A stretch of DNA of 64,000 nucleotides from the human T2T-CHM13v2.0 reference genome, Homo sapiens (GCF_009914755.1 NC_060927.1), one strand, 5' to 3'; positions 27,229 to 42,984 are shown, counted from the stretch's first letter. Notes: a model not told the origin generated them from the sequence alone. Program-made: numbers and translations.

Positions 27229-29550
27229 GAAAAAAAAGTATAACGTTATATCACGGAATTTATAATGTATGTAAATATAAATTACATGAAAACAATAGCA
27301 AAAAGAAGGGTAAAGTAGCACAATAATTAACTTTAAGTAATCTATGTTGAGTTAGGAACACATATTTAATCCCTACAGCAGCCTCTAAAAATAACACAAA
27401 GGCATATAGTTAAAAAGTCAATGGAGAAAATAAAGTGGAATATTAAACTGGACTATTAAACTCATTTTTAAGAAGACGGGAAAAAGTACAGAGAAACAAA
27501 ACAATAGGTGGGATAAGTAGAAAACAAACAGCATAATGATAGACAATTCAAAGTGAGTCATTAATTAGACTAAAGGTAAATTACTAAACACTCCAATTAA
27601 AAGGAAGAGATTGTTTAAGTTGGTAAGGAAAGTAAAATTTGCTTTCCATAAGGAAGGTACTTTAAATATAAAGAATAGGCTTGAAAGAAAAAGAAGAAAA
27701 AGATATGCCACGTAAATACTAATATAAGAAAAACGAAGTGGTTATATTACTAATATAAGACAAAGTAAGCGGGGACGAGGAATATTGCCAGAAACTAACA
27801 GAAACTTTTTATGATGATAAAAGAGTAAACTCATTAAGGAGATATAACAATCCTAAATGTGTATAAACATAACAGCAAAGCTTCAAATCACAAGAAGCAA
27901 AAAACAATAGAAATAAAGGGAAAAGTGGATGAATCCACAATCATAGCTGAAGTTTTTAACACTTCTTTCTTAGTAATTGGTGAACATGCTGGACCAACTA
28001 TTAATAAGTTCATAGAATATTTCAACAACAATCTCATCCTACTACTCATCCTAATCAACATTCATGGGACATTTCACCCAACAAAGGTAGAAAAATCATC
28101 TTTAAAGTATACATGAAATGTTTAGTGGAATATGCCATATATGCGCAATAAAATAAATCTTAAATTGCAAAATGTTTAAAATTAATTCACATCAGAATTG
28201 TAAATCAAAAACAAAGTTAATTTTTAGAATTAGTAACATATTTTAAAGTCTCAAATATAAATAAATAAGACAGTCTATTTGAAATTACATAGATTTAAGA
28301 AGAAAACACAAAGGACTTTAGAACATATTTCTGATTTGATGACAATTGATAATAAAATATAGTAGATCAAAATTTATAAAATTAAGTGCTCAGAAGGAAA
28401 TTCAAAGCTTTAAAAAACTTATACTAGAAAATAAGAAAGGCCTAAACATTTACTTATCACTTTAGAAAATTAGAAAAAGAACTAACTGTAGGCAAAGTAA
28501 GTTGGCAAAAGGAAATAATGAAAACAAAAATAGAAATTAATTAAATGGAAAACAAAAATAACTAGACATCCAGAAATCAAGAGAGAGAAAAATTAACAAG
28601 TAAGGAATTCAAAGGAGATGCCACTACAGATAGTAAAACCATTAAAATGATATAAATAAATATATTGAATAATCAAATGACAGAAAATTCAACATCACGG
28701 ATGAGATGAAAAAAACTGAAGAAAAACACAACTTATCAAAACTGACACATGGAAATTAAGAATGTGAATAGCAGTATAGCTATCCAAAGAAGATGGATTT
28801 TTTTCTTTGAAGTCTCACTACAGATGATTTCAATGCAAAATTCTATCAAGTATTTCAAAAGAAATTATGTCAATCTTACAGGAAATCCTTCAGAAAACAC
28901 AGAGAACTCCTCTCAGCTTATTTTCTGAGGCTAACGTAATCTTTATGCCAAAACCTGGCTGAACTATTACCTATAAAAGAAAATCAAAGCCAAAAATCTC
29001 TCATGATTATAGAAACAAAAATCGTTAATACGTTATTAGCAAATAAAATTTAGCAATACATAAAAAATTGTGTCAAGGTGTATCCTGGAAATACAGGTTT
29101 GTTTAATATTTGAAAATCTATGTAATTTACTACTTAACAAAATATAGAGAAGAAAACTAAATAATTATTACAGTTTCAGATAAAACATTTAACAAAATTC
29201 AGTATCTGTGCTTAATTTAAAAAACAAAAACAAACTCAGAAACCTAGGAATAATGGGGGCATCCATTATTGATAAATGGTATCCATGAGAAACCTACAAG
29301 CTAGTATTAATATAATATAAAATGTTAATGTGAAATTGACACACTTTCTTCCTAAGTTTGGGAACAAGGGAATATTGGTTATTATTTTACTACTTTTATC
29401 ATTATTAAGGCATAACTAGCTAATACAAATGCAGTAAAAAAAAAGAAAAGACATGGAAATTATAAAGGAAAAAGTAAAAAAAGTAAAAGATTCTATATTT
29501 GTTGGGGGCATAAGTGTTTATATAGAAAGTGCTAAGGAAATACAAGAACT

Positions 29551-30228
<678 letters not shown>

Positions 30229-30569
30229 AGAATAAGTGAATTTTAAAATTTTGAAGTATATATTCTCAATATACACAATTCAGTTGTATTTTTATATAGT
30301 AGCAGCAAAAAATAGAGAATAAGATTTAAAAAACATTTCATTTACAATAGCATTAGAATCAGAAAATACTTATATAAAAATTAAAATATATGCAATGTAA
30401 TATGGAAAAAATACACCACTCATACACACAACTTGAATCAATCTTAAAAACATATTTTGAGTCAAAGAGGGCAGTCATAAAAGAATATATACAGTATTAT
30501 TTTACTTCATGAAGTTCAAGAGAAGGAAAATTACTCCAAGGTAATAAAAATTAGAACAGTCTCTGCCTA

Positions 30570-30982
<413 letters not shown>

Positions 30983-31041
30983 TTATTAAAAGTTGTTGAA
31001 TTGTACACTTAAGGTCTGTGCATTCTCTGTAAATTTTACTT

Positions 31042-31044
<3 letters not shown>

Positions 31045-31074
<30 letters not shown>
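31045..31074. repeat. (GT)15 microsatellite
   Basis: Seen directly. Confidence 0.95.
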
Positions 31075-31079
<5 letters not shown>

Positions 31080-31119
31080 TGGAGTAACATGAAATACCAA
31101 TTTCCAGGAAGGTAGTGTA

Positions 31120-31600
31120 CTATAAAAACTAAGAGAACAAGTTTTGCAGTCAAAGAGAATTATAAACCCAGATCTGCCACCCACTGGCTTTGTGGTATTA
31201 GATGATTTATATCAAGCTTGTCCAACCCAAGGCCTGTGGGCTACATGTGGCCCAGAATGGCTTTGAATGCAGCCCAACAAAAATTTGTAAATCTTTTAAA
31301 AACATTATGAGATTTTTTGAGATTTTTTTTTATCATCAGCTATTGTTAGTGTTAGTGTATTTTATGTGTGGCCCAAGACAATTCCTCTTCCAATGTAGCC
31401 TAAGGAAGCCAAAAGACTGGACATCCCTGATTTATATAATGTGTGTGAGCCTATACATTCCAGTCAGAAAACCGGGGGTGTGAGGGGGTAGTAATAATAT
31501 CTACCACATCGAGTTATCATGAGGCTTAAATAACATGTATGGAAAAGGCTTACCACAGTGCTAGTGTATAGAATGTACTCAAAAAGTAGTAAAAGTTATT
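31120..31600 (+). mobile_element. MIR split by MER30
   Basis: cccagatctgccacccactggctttgtg on the left; gtaataatatctaccacatc..catgaggcttaaat..cacagtgct on the right. Confidence 0.6.
31213..31429 (-). mobile_element. MER30 (hAT-Charlie MITE)
   Basis: caagcttgtccaa...tggacatccctg termini; perfect 8-bp TSD ATTTATAT at 31205-31212 and 31430-31437. Confidence 0.93.
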
Positions 31601-33166
31601 ATGATTAAAGTGCAATCGATGTTTTAAAGAAAAACAGTGGTTTTATCCTTAGGCTGAATTGTCTTCTACCCAGTAGTGTAATACAATACAAGATACTCAC
31701 ATGGAGAGAGAGATGAAGGATAAAAGAATAGCAGATCAGACAAGCTGCTGCAGTATAAGGCAGAATGTTTACATTAGCATAATTGAAGGAAACAGAAATT
31801 CAGTGCCATTTCTAGGGATATTGTGAAGATTAAATGAGGTGCAACATGAAAAATTACTTGGCTTGATGTCAGGTATTCAGTAAACCTTCAACAGGTGGTC
31901 AATATTAACTTATTTGTATTACCATTCAACTTTATTAGCACAAATGCTAATAAATGTTTTCAAAAGCTTTTTAAAAACTATTTTTTTCAGAAAATACACC
32001 GTATAATCTATCTCCTAATAGTTTATTCCAATTGACTGTTACTCCTTTACTCAACAGATATATATTTCTTAACAGATTAATAATTCTTACTTATATGGTG
32101 GCTTTTAAAAATGTACAGTCATATAAATTCATATACCTGAGTAAAAGATGTTTTCCTGTAAGATTTGCTAAGTTATATTTATTCCATTTTAATTTTTCCC
32201 CAAAATCAAGTCCTCAAGCATGTTAATTACTCCTACTGCTCTTCCAATTTATTACCCTTTGTTTATCTAGTTCTAAAAGTATGTGACAATGTTCAGATCT
32301 CAGCCAATTTTAATTAACTTCTGAGTTTTTAAACTACTGAAACTGTCAAATAGTTATGCTGGATAGATACTGAAATTTTAATATAATTTGATGAATTTGG
32401 AAATTCTTCTCTTAATCATGCTGCTTATTACAAGAGTTATTTTGAATGTGTGATTTCCCTCTCCTTTTTCCCTCTCAATGAAATCATTAAACGCGGTTTT
32501 CTACCCTATCTTTGGCCAACTTTTGATCATAAAATAAATTTGTAAGCTCTGGATTATTAGTACTTTTATTTATACATATTTTTGTTTTTATTCTCGCAAC
32601 CTCTCAATATTTTAATTGTATCTATTTTAGTAATCAACAGAGAATTTCCAAACTGAGGATCAGGAAAAAAAATAAAACAAATAAAGGTGAAATATTTAAA
32701 ATGTTATCAGTTTTATTGCTCACTAACAGACCTCTTAAATAACAGCAGTGGAAAAAAAACCACCTTAAACCTTCTCTATCATAAAGTAATTTCTGGAAGG
32801 TAGTTGGAAAATAAATGATTGGGATAATATCTCTCAAAAACTAGATCAATTTGTCAATCCTAATTTCTATTAGAGTTAAACCAGCGCTTTGTCTTGGCTT
32901 TGGAAACATATTACATGATTAGGTAAGGATAATGTGCGATTTAATTAACAAGGTTTTTGCATGCAAGCATATCAATATATAGGGATTTCTCTAGGATGCC
33001 AATCACCATTCTATTCCTAAAAGTGTGAGTATATCTCTTGAAATCATATTTACAATAATATACTTAAGAATATTCCTTTTAAAAAAGAATATTCTCAATA
33101 TATTAACTTTTATATACAAAAGAAAAATTTAGTCCAGATCTTGAAAGAAATTTCACACATTTCGCT

Positions 33167-34512
33167 TTATCTTATTTATTTTTATAATTTCAAATTTATT
33201 TTAGATTCATGGTACATGTGCAGTTTTGTTTCATAGGTATATTGTGTGATACTGAGGGTTTTCTGTTCTTGGATTAATTTGCTTAGGATGACAGCCTTCA
33301 GCTGCATCTATGTTGCTGCAAAGGACATGATTTTGTTCTTTTTATGGCTAGGTAGTATTCCATGTTACATATGTACCACATTTTCTTTATCCAATCCACC
33401 GTTGATGGGCATCTAGGTTGATTCTCTGTCTTTGTAATTGTAATTAGTGCTGTGATGAACATATGAGTGTATGTGTCTTTTGTGTAGAATGATTTATTTT
33501 CCTTTAGGTATATATCTAGTAATGGGATTGCTGTGTTTAAGGTAGTTCAGTTTTAAATTCTTTGAGAAAACTCCAAACTGCTCTCCATGGTGTCTGAACT
33601 AATAATTTACATTCCTATCAACAGCATATAAGTGTTCCCTTTCCTCCACAGCTTTGCCAGCATCCGTGATTTTTGACTTTTTAATAATAGCCATTCTGAC
33701 TGCTGTGGGAAGGTATCTCATTGTGGTTTTGATTTGCATTTCTCTGAATGATTAGTGATGCTGAGTATTTTCATGTTTTTTGACCATTTGTATGTCTTCT
33801 TTTGAAAAGTTTGCGTCTTTTACCCACTTTGTAATGGGGTTATTTGGTTTTTGCTTATTAAATTTTTTAACTTCTTTATAGATTCTTGTTCTTAGACCTT
33901 TGTTGGATGCATACTTCATGAATATGTTCTCCCATTCTGTAAGTTGTCTGTTTAGTCTGTTGATAGTTTCTTTTGTTGTGCAGAAGCTCTTTAGTTTATA
34001 TGTCGCACCTGTCAATTTTTGGTTTTGTTGCAATTGCTTTTGAGGATTTAATCATAAATTATTTCCCAAGATCGACGTCCAGAAGAGTATTCCCCAGGTT
34101 TTCTTCTAGGATTCCTATAGTTTAACAATGTTAGGTCTCACATGTAAACCTTTAACCCATCTTGAGTTAATTCTGTAAGTGGTGTAAGGAAAGGGTCCAG
34201 TTTTATTATTCTCCATAAGGATAACCCAGCTATCACATCACCATTTTCTAAACAGTGAGTCCTTTCCATATTCCTTATTTTTGTCAACTTTGTTGAAGAT
34301 CTGATGGCTGTAGGTGTGTGGCTTTACTTCTGGGTTCTTCATTCTGTAGCATTGGTCTATGTGTTTGTTTTTGTACCAGTACCATGCTATTTTTGGTTAC
34401 TGCAGCCTTATAGTATAATTTGAAATCAAGTAATGTGATGCCTCTTGATTTGTTCCTTTTATTTAGGATGGCTTTGGCTTTCAACCTCTTTTTTGGTTCC
34501 ATACACACATTT
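33167..34512 (-). mobile_element. 5'-truncated old primate L1 (L1PA15-17/L1PB-age) with an internal 3' UTR deletion
   Basis: Reverse ORF2 C-terminus (ORF track 33752-34033 [26 protein letters not shown]; 34284-34523 GITLLDFKLYYKA); abrupt jump near 33258. Confidence 0.9.
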
Positions 34513-35379
34513 TGTTTTAACATAATCTTAATTATAGATTTTAAAACGTTTTATTCAACTGTGCTGGTCTTTTTCTTCCATTAATATGTTGATCATTTCT
34601 AAACTTTTCTTAATATGTGGCAATGGTTCAACAAAATAAAGAGGTTCTGTTCTTATGAATATCATATATTTATAGGATATCTTAATTCAACTTTTCAAAT
34701 GAGCATTATTCAAGCTTATAACTTTGACACAAAAAGTTGATAATGCTGGATGAAAAAGAAAAATAGGACTAACTCATGTCCTTCTTTGTTGTTAATGTTT
34801 ATTTTGTTCTGTTTTGTTTTAAGGTACTCTGGTACACTAAGAAAGGATGAAATGCTTGTAGAAGGCAAGCATTTAAAATACATGCTTTCTATAGTCCCTT
34901 CATAAGAAGTAGAGTCCATCATGGTGTCTCTAATGTAAAAGATGAATTTTCCAGAAGAGATAAAACCATGGTTCTCATACAAATATAAAATTAATGCATG
35001 TCAAAGATTATATTTAACTCACTAGTAAATGAGGAAACAAGTAAGATGTTACAACTCCCTCAGAAAAGAATTTAAAGTGTTTCCACATATAAGTAATCAG
35101 GAATTCTGAAATAAATTTTCAAATAGATACAAAATTGATCACTATATATAAGACAATATAATAATCAATGGCATTCCACCTAACATATTTCATTTGTATT
35201 TCTGTGGGCAAAAATCACATGCATTATTATCAATTTTCTGACAATCGCTCTCCAAGAAAACAACAAGCAAACGTGCTGAGAAAGGTGCACTAGATAGAAT
35301 GCCTAATAGTCTTGTTTGCCCATTTCAAGATCTTTCACAATTTTTACCTAGACTAAAATGTTTTCTTAAAAGTCTTCTT

Positions 35380-35696
<317 letters not shown>

Positions 35697-36694
35697 TCAG
35701 AACTGAAATAGTTTTAGTTTTTCAACACTATTAGTTGGGGTGAATAGCACTTTCTGGCTCACACAGAGTTTATGCATTATGTTGGAAGAAAGGTAACTTC
35801 TTACATTTAAGAAAGAGGATAGAATTTAGGAAGTTTCCACTAGGAGTAAAAACAAAGGTTTGTAGGGGAAAAGGCAATCAGTGCTGATGGGAAACTTAAT
35901 GTCATAATGTTGGGCATGTGTCAGCAGAGAGCATGACTATGAAGGATAGCACCAGCCCACGCAGAGCAGCAGACCCAACAGAGAACCAATGATGGAGCTG
36001 CTGTTGTAGCCAGAGATGCAATGGTATGGATTCCAAGTCCCATGGGCTAAGAATGAGCCCTATCCCTGGTTTCCCAGATCTATGTAAGCTCAGAGTTTTC
36101 AAATGGAGGAACAGATCCTAAATATGCCTGATAGCAGATTTCTGGTCTAACCTCGTAACTCAAGACTCTGTGCTGAATATAATCTGACTTATAAAAGTAA
36201 TGTGACATTTGTAGAAAAGAAATATAGTATAGTAAGTCCATTCCCACCATACTAGTTTAGCATTTGGTTAATGGCATTACAAAAAAAGATTATCTATTCT
36301 TCATTTATTTATATTTCCAAGGCCAATAAAGCACAGAATTTTTTACTTTGGGAAAATAAAGATCAGAAATAAAATAGTAAAACACATTGCAGAGTATGTT
36401 TTATAAAACTGTTTCCTAAAACCCTTGAAATTTTTAGATTTTGCTAGTTAATTCAAAATCAGAGATTAGTAATCTGTTGCGATATCCAACTATGTTTGTG
36501 AATGAATGAGGTGTGCATACCAGTGTGAAATTTTTATCAGTTATAGCTTCACTGGAAGAGGTTTTACCTCTAGAGGAGCCAACATATTCCTTTTATGGAT
36601 ATTTCAGAAAATAAAGTCAGTTATCAGCTTAATATAAACCCCCTTAATAGATCATAACATCACTCACATCTATTAAAGCACTCAATTGTTGATC

Positions 36695-37190
36695 CATGCA
36701 TCCATTCAATAGATATTTATGTAGTGACTTTTCGTTGGCAGACAGTGTTGTGAGAGCACAGCAATGGCAAAATCTCCACTCCCACAGAGCTTTTATTTCA
36801 ATGAGAAGGAATAAAAGGGAAATAAATAATATGGAGAAAACCTACAAATGCAAAGGATATACAAGTTCCAAGCAGTGGAGAATGAAATTTATTGATGTCA
36901 TCAGGAAAGGACTTAATGAAAAGATAACAACTGAGCAAAATTCTAAAATTGTGGAAGCACAATACTACATGCAGAATGCTAGGCAGAGATTTGCTGCAGA
37001 GGAATTAAAAAAAAAAAAAAACCACACCACCAACAAAACAACATTTACGCTGAGGAAGGAACACTGAGTATATCTGGAATGTTTAGGAACGGCAAAGAAA
37101 TAAGTATGGTTGAAGCCCGCTGAGAAGAGACAGCAGTAGTGACACATTGTATGAGTTATTGTACGGACTCTAAATGGAATGGAAAACCAT
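36695..37190 (-). mobile_element. L2 fragment
   Basis: catccattcaatagatatttat..., cacagagcttttatt, tcaggaaaggactt..gaaaagataaca..tgagca. Confidence 0.6.
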
Positions 37191-37339
37191 CTCATGCAAC
37201 ATATGATGGTAATGGTATAATTCCAAGATTGCCAGACATTTAAACAAGCATAATGCCCATTTACTGCACTTAAATTTGGTAGTTATAAAATATCAACTGG
37301 CAGTATAACATTTGCAAATTATTAAATAGCATTGTGTGT

Positions 37340-37890
37340 TCAGTTGCTGTAGCTAAGATCTAAGTATCAGTAGTTAAAACAAAGAAATGTTTATTTTTTC
37401 TCTTGCATAAAAGTCTAGACATAAGCAAACTAGGGCTGCAAGACAGTTCCATAGTATCAGGGATCCAAGTCCCTTCTGACTTCTTCTCTACAATCTCCAG
37501 TATATTGCCCTGTCAACATGGTCCAGAATGAATTATGACCAGATCACTACTCTAGTGAGTGGAAAAGATAAAAGGGAAATGGAGGGTTATGCCTTTCCTA
37601 TAAGAGTGCAACCAGGCAGTTGTGCACCTCATTTTTCCTATCCCCATTGAAGATTACTTCAGCTAATGTTACTGAAAGCAAAGCAGGAACATGTAGTTTC
37701 TATTCTGGTTGGCCACGTGCCAAGTTAAAATTAGGGGTTTTATTATTAGGCTGGTGCAAAAGGAACTAAGGTTTTTGCCATTAAAAGTAATTAATGCCAT
37801 TAAAAGTAATGGCAAAAACCGCAATTCTTTTTGCACCAATCTGTTACTAGAGAAAAAGCAGGTAATGGACGTTTGACAATTAGTATTGTC
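37340..37890. mobile_element. MLT1-type MaLR LTR fragment hosting MADE1
   Basis: gttaaaacaaagaaatgtttattttttctc...cagggatccaagtcccttctg...ggccacgtgcc. Confidence 0.55.
37746..37843. mobile_element. MADE1 mariner MITE with internal duplication
   Basis: ttaggctggtgcaaaagg...ggtttttgccatt / aatggcaaaaaccgcaattctttttgcaccaatct inverted arms; gccattaaaagtaat occurs twice. Confidence 0.9.
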
Positions 37891-39864
37891 TAGTTTAAGC
37901 AGATTCAAATAACCATTTTAATTTAAAATGTATTAAGCATCTTTAAAAACAGTGTGAAATCAAAGAAAGAATATCTGACAAAGGGCCAAGAGATGTTGGT
38001 CCTTTTCCAGATCTACCAAGAACTAGCTGTGCAACCTTGAAGCAGTCACTCAACTCCTCTTAAATTTGGTATGCCATCTGTAGTACTGAACTAAAAATAC
38101 TCAGCTGCACCTAAGCAAAAGATTCTCCCTAAAACTTTAGAAAAGTCACTTTTATCAAATGTATACTAGTTCTAAAATATTGAGGCCTATATAATGTTAT
38201 AAAAACTCAACAGCAGAAATATCTGGCATCCAGCCCAAGGCATACCAGATGTGTCTCTTAAAAGCCAAAAGCAATTGTCTTTATCTTTGAAAATTAAGAG
38301 AAAAAAATCCAAAACTCAAAGTGAATATAATTTTTTCTACCTCTGTCCAGATGGAACTTTGCAATTGCCTCACTGATGGGGTACAATGACCCAGCTGAAT
38401 GCACCACAGGATAACTGGCTGACATTCCTGACATCACAGCTGATAAGGTCAGCCAGATAATCTTCCAGCATGGATATAAGAAATAAGCAATTTGTTTTTG
38501 TACAGTTAACGTGGTTGCCACAGTATTTATTCACAGAAAGCTATTAGTTGCGAATGTGCCAGATAACTCTAAGAAGTGCTTTACTTGGGTTCACAAATCA
38601 CAGAAGATGCTGAGATGTTGTCCTATGTTGGATCTTGTCAGAGATTTTGTTTTCTTCATTGAACACGTTTCCTCATAGCCCATTTGTGGTTCTGCTCTCT
38701 TTGCTATCCGCTTTCCAATGCCAGAAAAACATTCATTCACGGGGCCAAAGCCAGTCATGGCAAAAACCAGGTCCTTTGCTCCTCTTTCAGTGAATGTTGT
38801 GAAGTCTCCCTCCATAAACAGAGAAAGGAAATTTGTCAGTCTTGATCTTGTGGCCAGAGTCAGAGTTCCCAGGAAAACCATTTAGTCTGAAGAAAATAGT
38901 ATCCAGCCATAAAACAAAAAGAAATATTTTAGTGTCTACTAACATTGTAACCTAATACATATTTAAGAGAAAATAATAAAAAAGAAGGGCCTCACAAACA
39001 CAAAAAACAAAAACATAGAATAACATCTCTTCATTTAGGTACTAACACTGTAGTCTATCAGAAACAATTACAGTGACTTAATGCTACACCTTTTTATTTT
39101 GATAACTTTTGTTGAGTGAGAAACATGATTAAAGTAAATGATTAAACACATGCTGCTTTACATAAATCAAATGTTCTGTGAGAATCAGAAAATCAGTGAT
39201 TTTCTTTAATGGGTTAATTTGGTGTTCTGTTTAGAAAGCAAAAACCAGATATGATGACAGAGCACAAAAAGATAAATGTTCATACCTGCAATAGCAACAA
39301 CAACCTCCACAGTTAACTTGACAGAATGAATTTCTGTGGATACATTTAATAATTGAGGTGCTGAGTAAGTTCAATTTATTCATTCTGGTCTACTTCACAC
39401 AATGGGGATTGAGTCACTGGAATAAAATTCTGATGCTTCCAATCTCTGTCTTTTGTTTACGTTTTTTTTCTTAAGTCAGGCATTTAGTAATATGGGCTGA
39501 TAAAACGGAAGACAAAAGATCAGTGCACAGCAAAATCGTTCAGGACCTAAAATTACTCATCCTCTCTATAGCTAATTTTGTTATGAATACTTTTGTAAAG
39601 TGAAGAATAGTTACCCTTTTGTTAAAAATAAATCTTCAAAAACTACTTTTGGCATCTGAACTACAAAAACAGTTGTGTTTAGTAAAAAGATCATTTACTT
39701 TAGAGTCATAAAATTAGGACTTGTATCATGGCTCCACCATTATAATGATTCAGTGATTCAAGGAATACGTACATATATAATATAAACTAACTGTTATGCT
39801 GTAGGCAGTAAACAAATATTAGTTTATATGCTAACTTAAGCATGAGATTTAACATAAAAGTGTT

Positions 39865-40390
39865 TACGGTACACTGGGTTAAGAGCATTAAATCTGGTGC
39901 CAGATTGCTTGGGTTTTAATCCTGCCACTTTTGATTTTATGTCTTCTGTATCTCAGTTTCCTCATCTGTAAAACTGGGATAGTGTATTAGTCCATTCTTA
40001 CACTACTATGCAGAAATGCTCAAAACTGGGTAATTTATAAAGAAAAAGAGGTTTAATGGACTCGCAGTTCCATATGGCTGGGAGGCCTCACAATCATGGC
40101 AGAAGGTGAAGGAGGAGCAAAAGGCATGTCTTACATGGCAACAGGCAGGAGAGCATGTGCAGGAGAACTGCCCTTTATAAAACCATCAGATCTCATGAGA
40201 CTTATTCAGTATCGTGAGAGCAGCATGGAAAAATCCTGCCCACATGATTCAATTCCCTCCCATCCGGTCCCTCCCACAACAATATGTGGGGATTATGGGA
40301 GCTACAATTCAAGATGAGATTTGGATGGGGACACACCCAAACCAAATCAGATAGCAATAGTATATACCACCTAAAGTTATTATGAGAATA
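39865..40390 (+). mobile_element. MIR split by THE1
   Basis: ggttaagagca...gccagattgcttgggttttaatcc...ctcagtttcctcatctgtaaaactgggat, resuming after the LTR. Confidence 0.8.
39983..40349 (-). mobile_element. THE1 (C/D-like) MaLR solo LTR
   Basis: tgtattagtccattct...ccaaaccaaatca; TSD GATAG at 39978-39982 and 40350-40354. Confidence 0.93.
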
Positions 40391-41543
40391 AACAGAATTT
40401 ATTTATTTGTAGTGGGGAGAGAGGGCCGAGGAGATAAGCCAAGAAGGAAGCTACATGGAGTACCAACCTTCATCGCACACATTTGGGCCATGAAGAGTAG
40501 ATGACACTTGAGCCTCCTGGCTGGTCATGGACCAATGCAATACAAAGCAGAGCTCAGCCCCAGAGGAAAGAGCTTGAGGATGAGATCACCAGCAGGGGTC
40601 AGAAAGAAGATGAGGCAGAATATCTCAAGGGCTAACCATACCTGAGGGACCAGCTTGGGTCTGAGTGCCTGAGCCGTGGGGCCTGTTGAGGCCACCAGCC
40701 ACACACCCTGTATCCTTAGGCAACAGTTTGTACCTGTGGTAATAACAAATAGGAAAAGTGATGCCATAGCAGGCAGTCATATAAGAAGACAGATGTCTGT
40801 TTCCTCTTCCTCTTTCCACCCCAATACAATAAGCATAAGTGCTGGGAAGGAACTTGGTGAATAAGTTTATATCTCACCCTTGCAGAGCTCACTAGTTGAT
40901 AAGGCAAACATTCAAACAAAGAAATATTGAACAATTAACTTAACGACTTTATAAAGGTATTGTTTGTGTTGGGTCCTGAAGGATGAGTATGAATTCTCCA
41001 AGCAGGCAAGGGAAAGAAAAAAAAATTTAAAGTAAAATCTGATGCAAATATCATGAAGAAATTCTCAGAGGCATAAAAGTGCATGACATGTTCCCCCCAA
41101 AAAATCACTCAGTTAGAATTATGGGCACCAGGAAACAGGAAGATGACAAAGAAGTTAAGGAGGAGGCAAGAAAGAGGTGCTCCAGGATGCAAGGTGGAAA
41201 GAGTTTCATGCCGGGTATTGAAAGGCATTCCCTTTATACCCAGATAAAGGTTAGAAATTTATTCTGTAGGAAATTAGGAACCATTGAATAGCAACAACAA
41301 AAAAATGGAGACTTTTGAGTCTCATGTGTCATAAATTATCTTCCTGACTTTTTAAAACAAACTGGTGGCGAATGATTTCAAGAAGAATATTTGATATAAG
41401 AAATCTTAGGAAAAGAAATAAACACCATTACAGGGTTGCAAGGGAACTTATATATATGCATTTTACTAGACCAGAAATCTCCTCAGACATTAGAAAACCA
41501 TAACAAACCATAAATTTCATGGTTGCCTATGATTTATTTGCTC

Positions 41544-41582
41544 CATACATACCTACACACATACCTACATACATACATACCT
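41544..41582. repeat. Degenerate (TACA/TACC)n repeat
   Basis: Seen directly. Confidence 0.8.
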
Positions 41583-42984
41583 AAATGGACTGGCCACACA
41601 AATACCCCCAAAATATGTGATGCTGATAAATACATAGTAGCATTTGCTAGAGATTCAACTCCATATTGACCCCACTTTAGCTCTCTATTTGACCCTTTCT
41701 TTTTTTCCAATTGGGAGAAAAGAAAAATAAGGCAAAAGAGCCACAGTTTTTGGCAAAGCAGATTTAAAATAAGGTCTGCCAAGTTCAAAATTGAAAATGC
41801 AGCAGCTGTTTGCACAAAACATGGGCCAAAAAATTCCTGCGTGACTGACAATATGCCTTTGCTTCCGGCCTCACAATCCTTGATCAGGGTATTCGTTTCA
41901 GCAGCTGTCAGCTAAATCTAGAAGGAAGGTTTCTTCTTACTATAGGGGAGAAGATACCCAAAAGGAAAGAATTAAGGGTGCATACTCTATAATGGGAGTG
42001 CTTCTAAGGAGAAAATCTGTGCTTCCAATGGGGGGGAAATGTGCATGGGAATAGAAAAGTGACGTTTCTCACAATGTGGGTAGATTCAACACAATGCGTG
42101 TCCTAAATATTTGGAGAAGTGTCTTACTTCTGTTGCAGAGGAGAGCGCCAGAGGCCCAGACAGGGTGCACAGGACTAGAAGATACTAACTGCTTCTGGAG
42201 AAGGCACCTATGTCTGCCATGGCAACAGTGGAAGTGGCAGGAACAAACACTGAGAAAGTGTCTAAGGCAGCACCATCTCTCACATCAGCTCAGCAGCTGT
42301 GATGGGAGCAGGCCAAAGGCATTTGTGGAACCAGTTCAATAAGGGCAATGGCCACTGCCTGGCAAGTGCACAGCCAGCAGATGGAGAAAACTGCCTAAGG
42401 CTCAAAATATAAAGGAATTCCATGGTGATAATTGCAGTTAAGAGCACCCAAGGACACAGCAATGATTTAGAGAACAAAAACTTGGGGGGACAGGAAAGCA
42501 AATAAACAGCCCTTTTTACCTTCCTCATTCAACTGTAAAACAAATAGGAAGAAAGGAAAGTTGGACACATGGATATAAAATGATCACACTACTGATAAAG
42601 CTTATTGCAGAATATAGCTCAAGATCTGTAGTTAAAGTGGCTTGTTTAGGCTTTATCCTAAACCAGACATTGGCATATCTGGATAACCACAAGCCTTGTC
42701 TATTGAGGCAGGCTTGGTGAAAGGAACACCTGAATTGTATGTGCTGTGGACAAATTATATCTGGGAAGTGATAAGGAGCTGAAATTGACACATTAGGACT
42801 TCCATGTTCCAAATAAAATTATTCACTCTCCCACCCATGGGTAGGAATAAAAAGAGAAAGGATAGAGGTTCTCTCCCCAACCCACTGTAATTTTTTCTAG
42901 AGAGTGAAGTAGTAATTCTCTCCCCTTCATGGAAACATGAGGGGCATGAAGGGGGAATACTATTACACTAACTATAAGAATAAT

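Noticed and set aside
38294-38881. Minus-strand 96-aa and 75-aa ORFs in unique DNA as a coding exon
   Set aside because: No recognisable protein similarity and no continuous frame between the candidate splice sites
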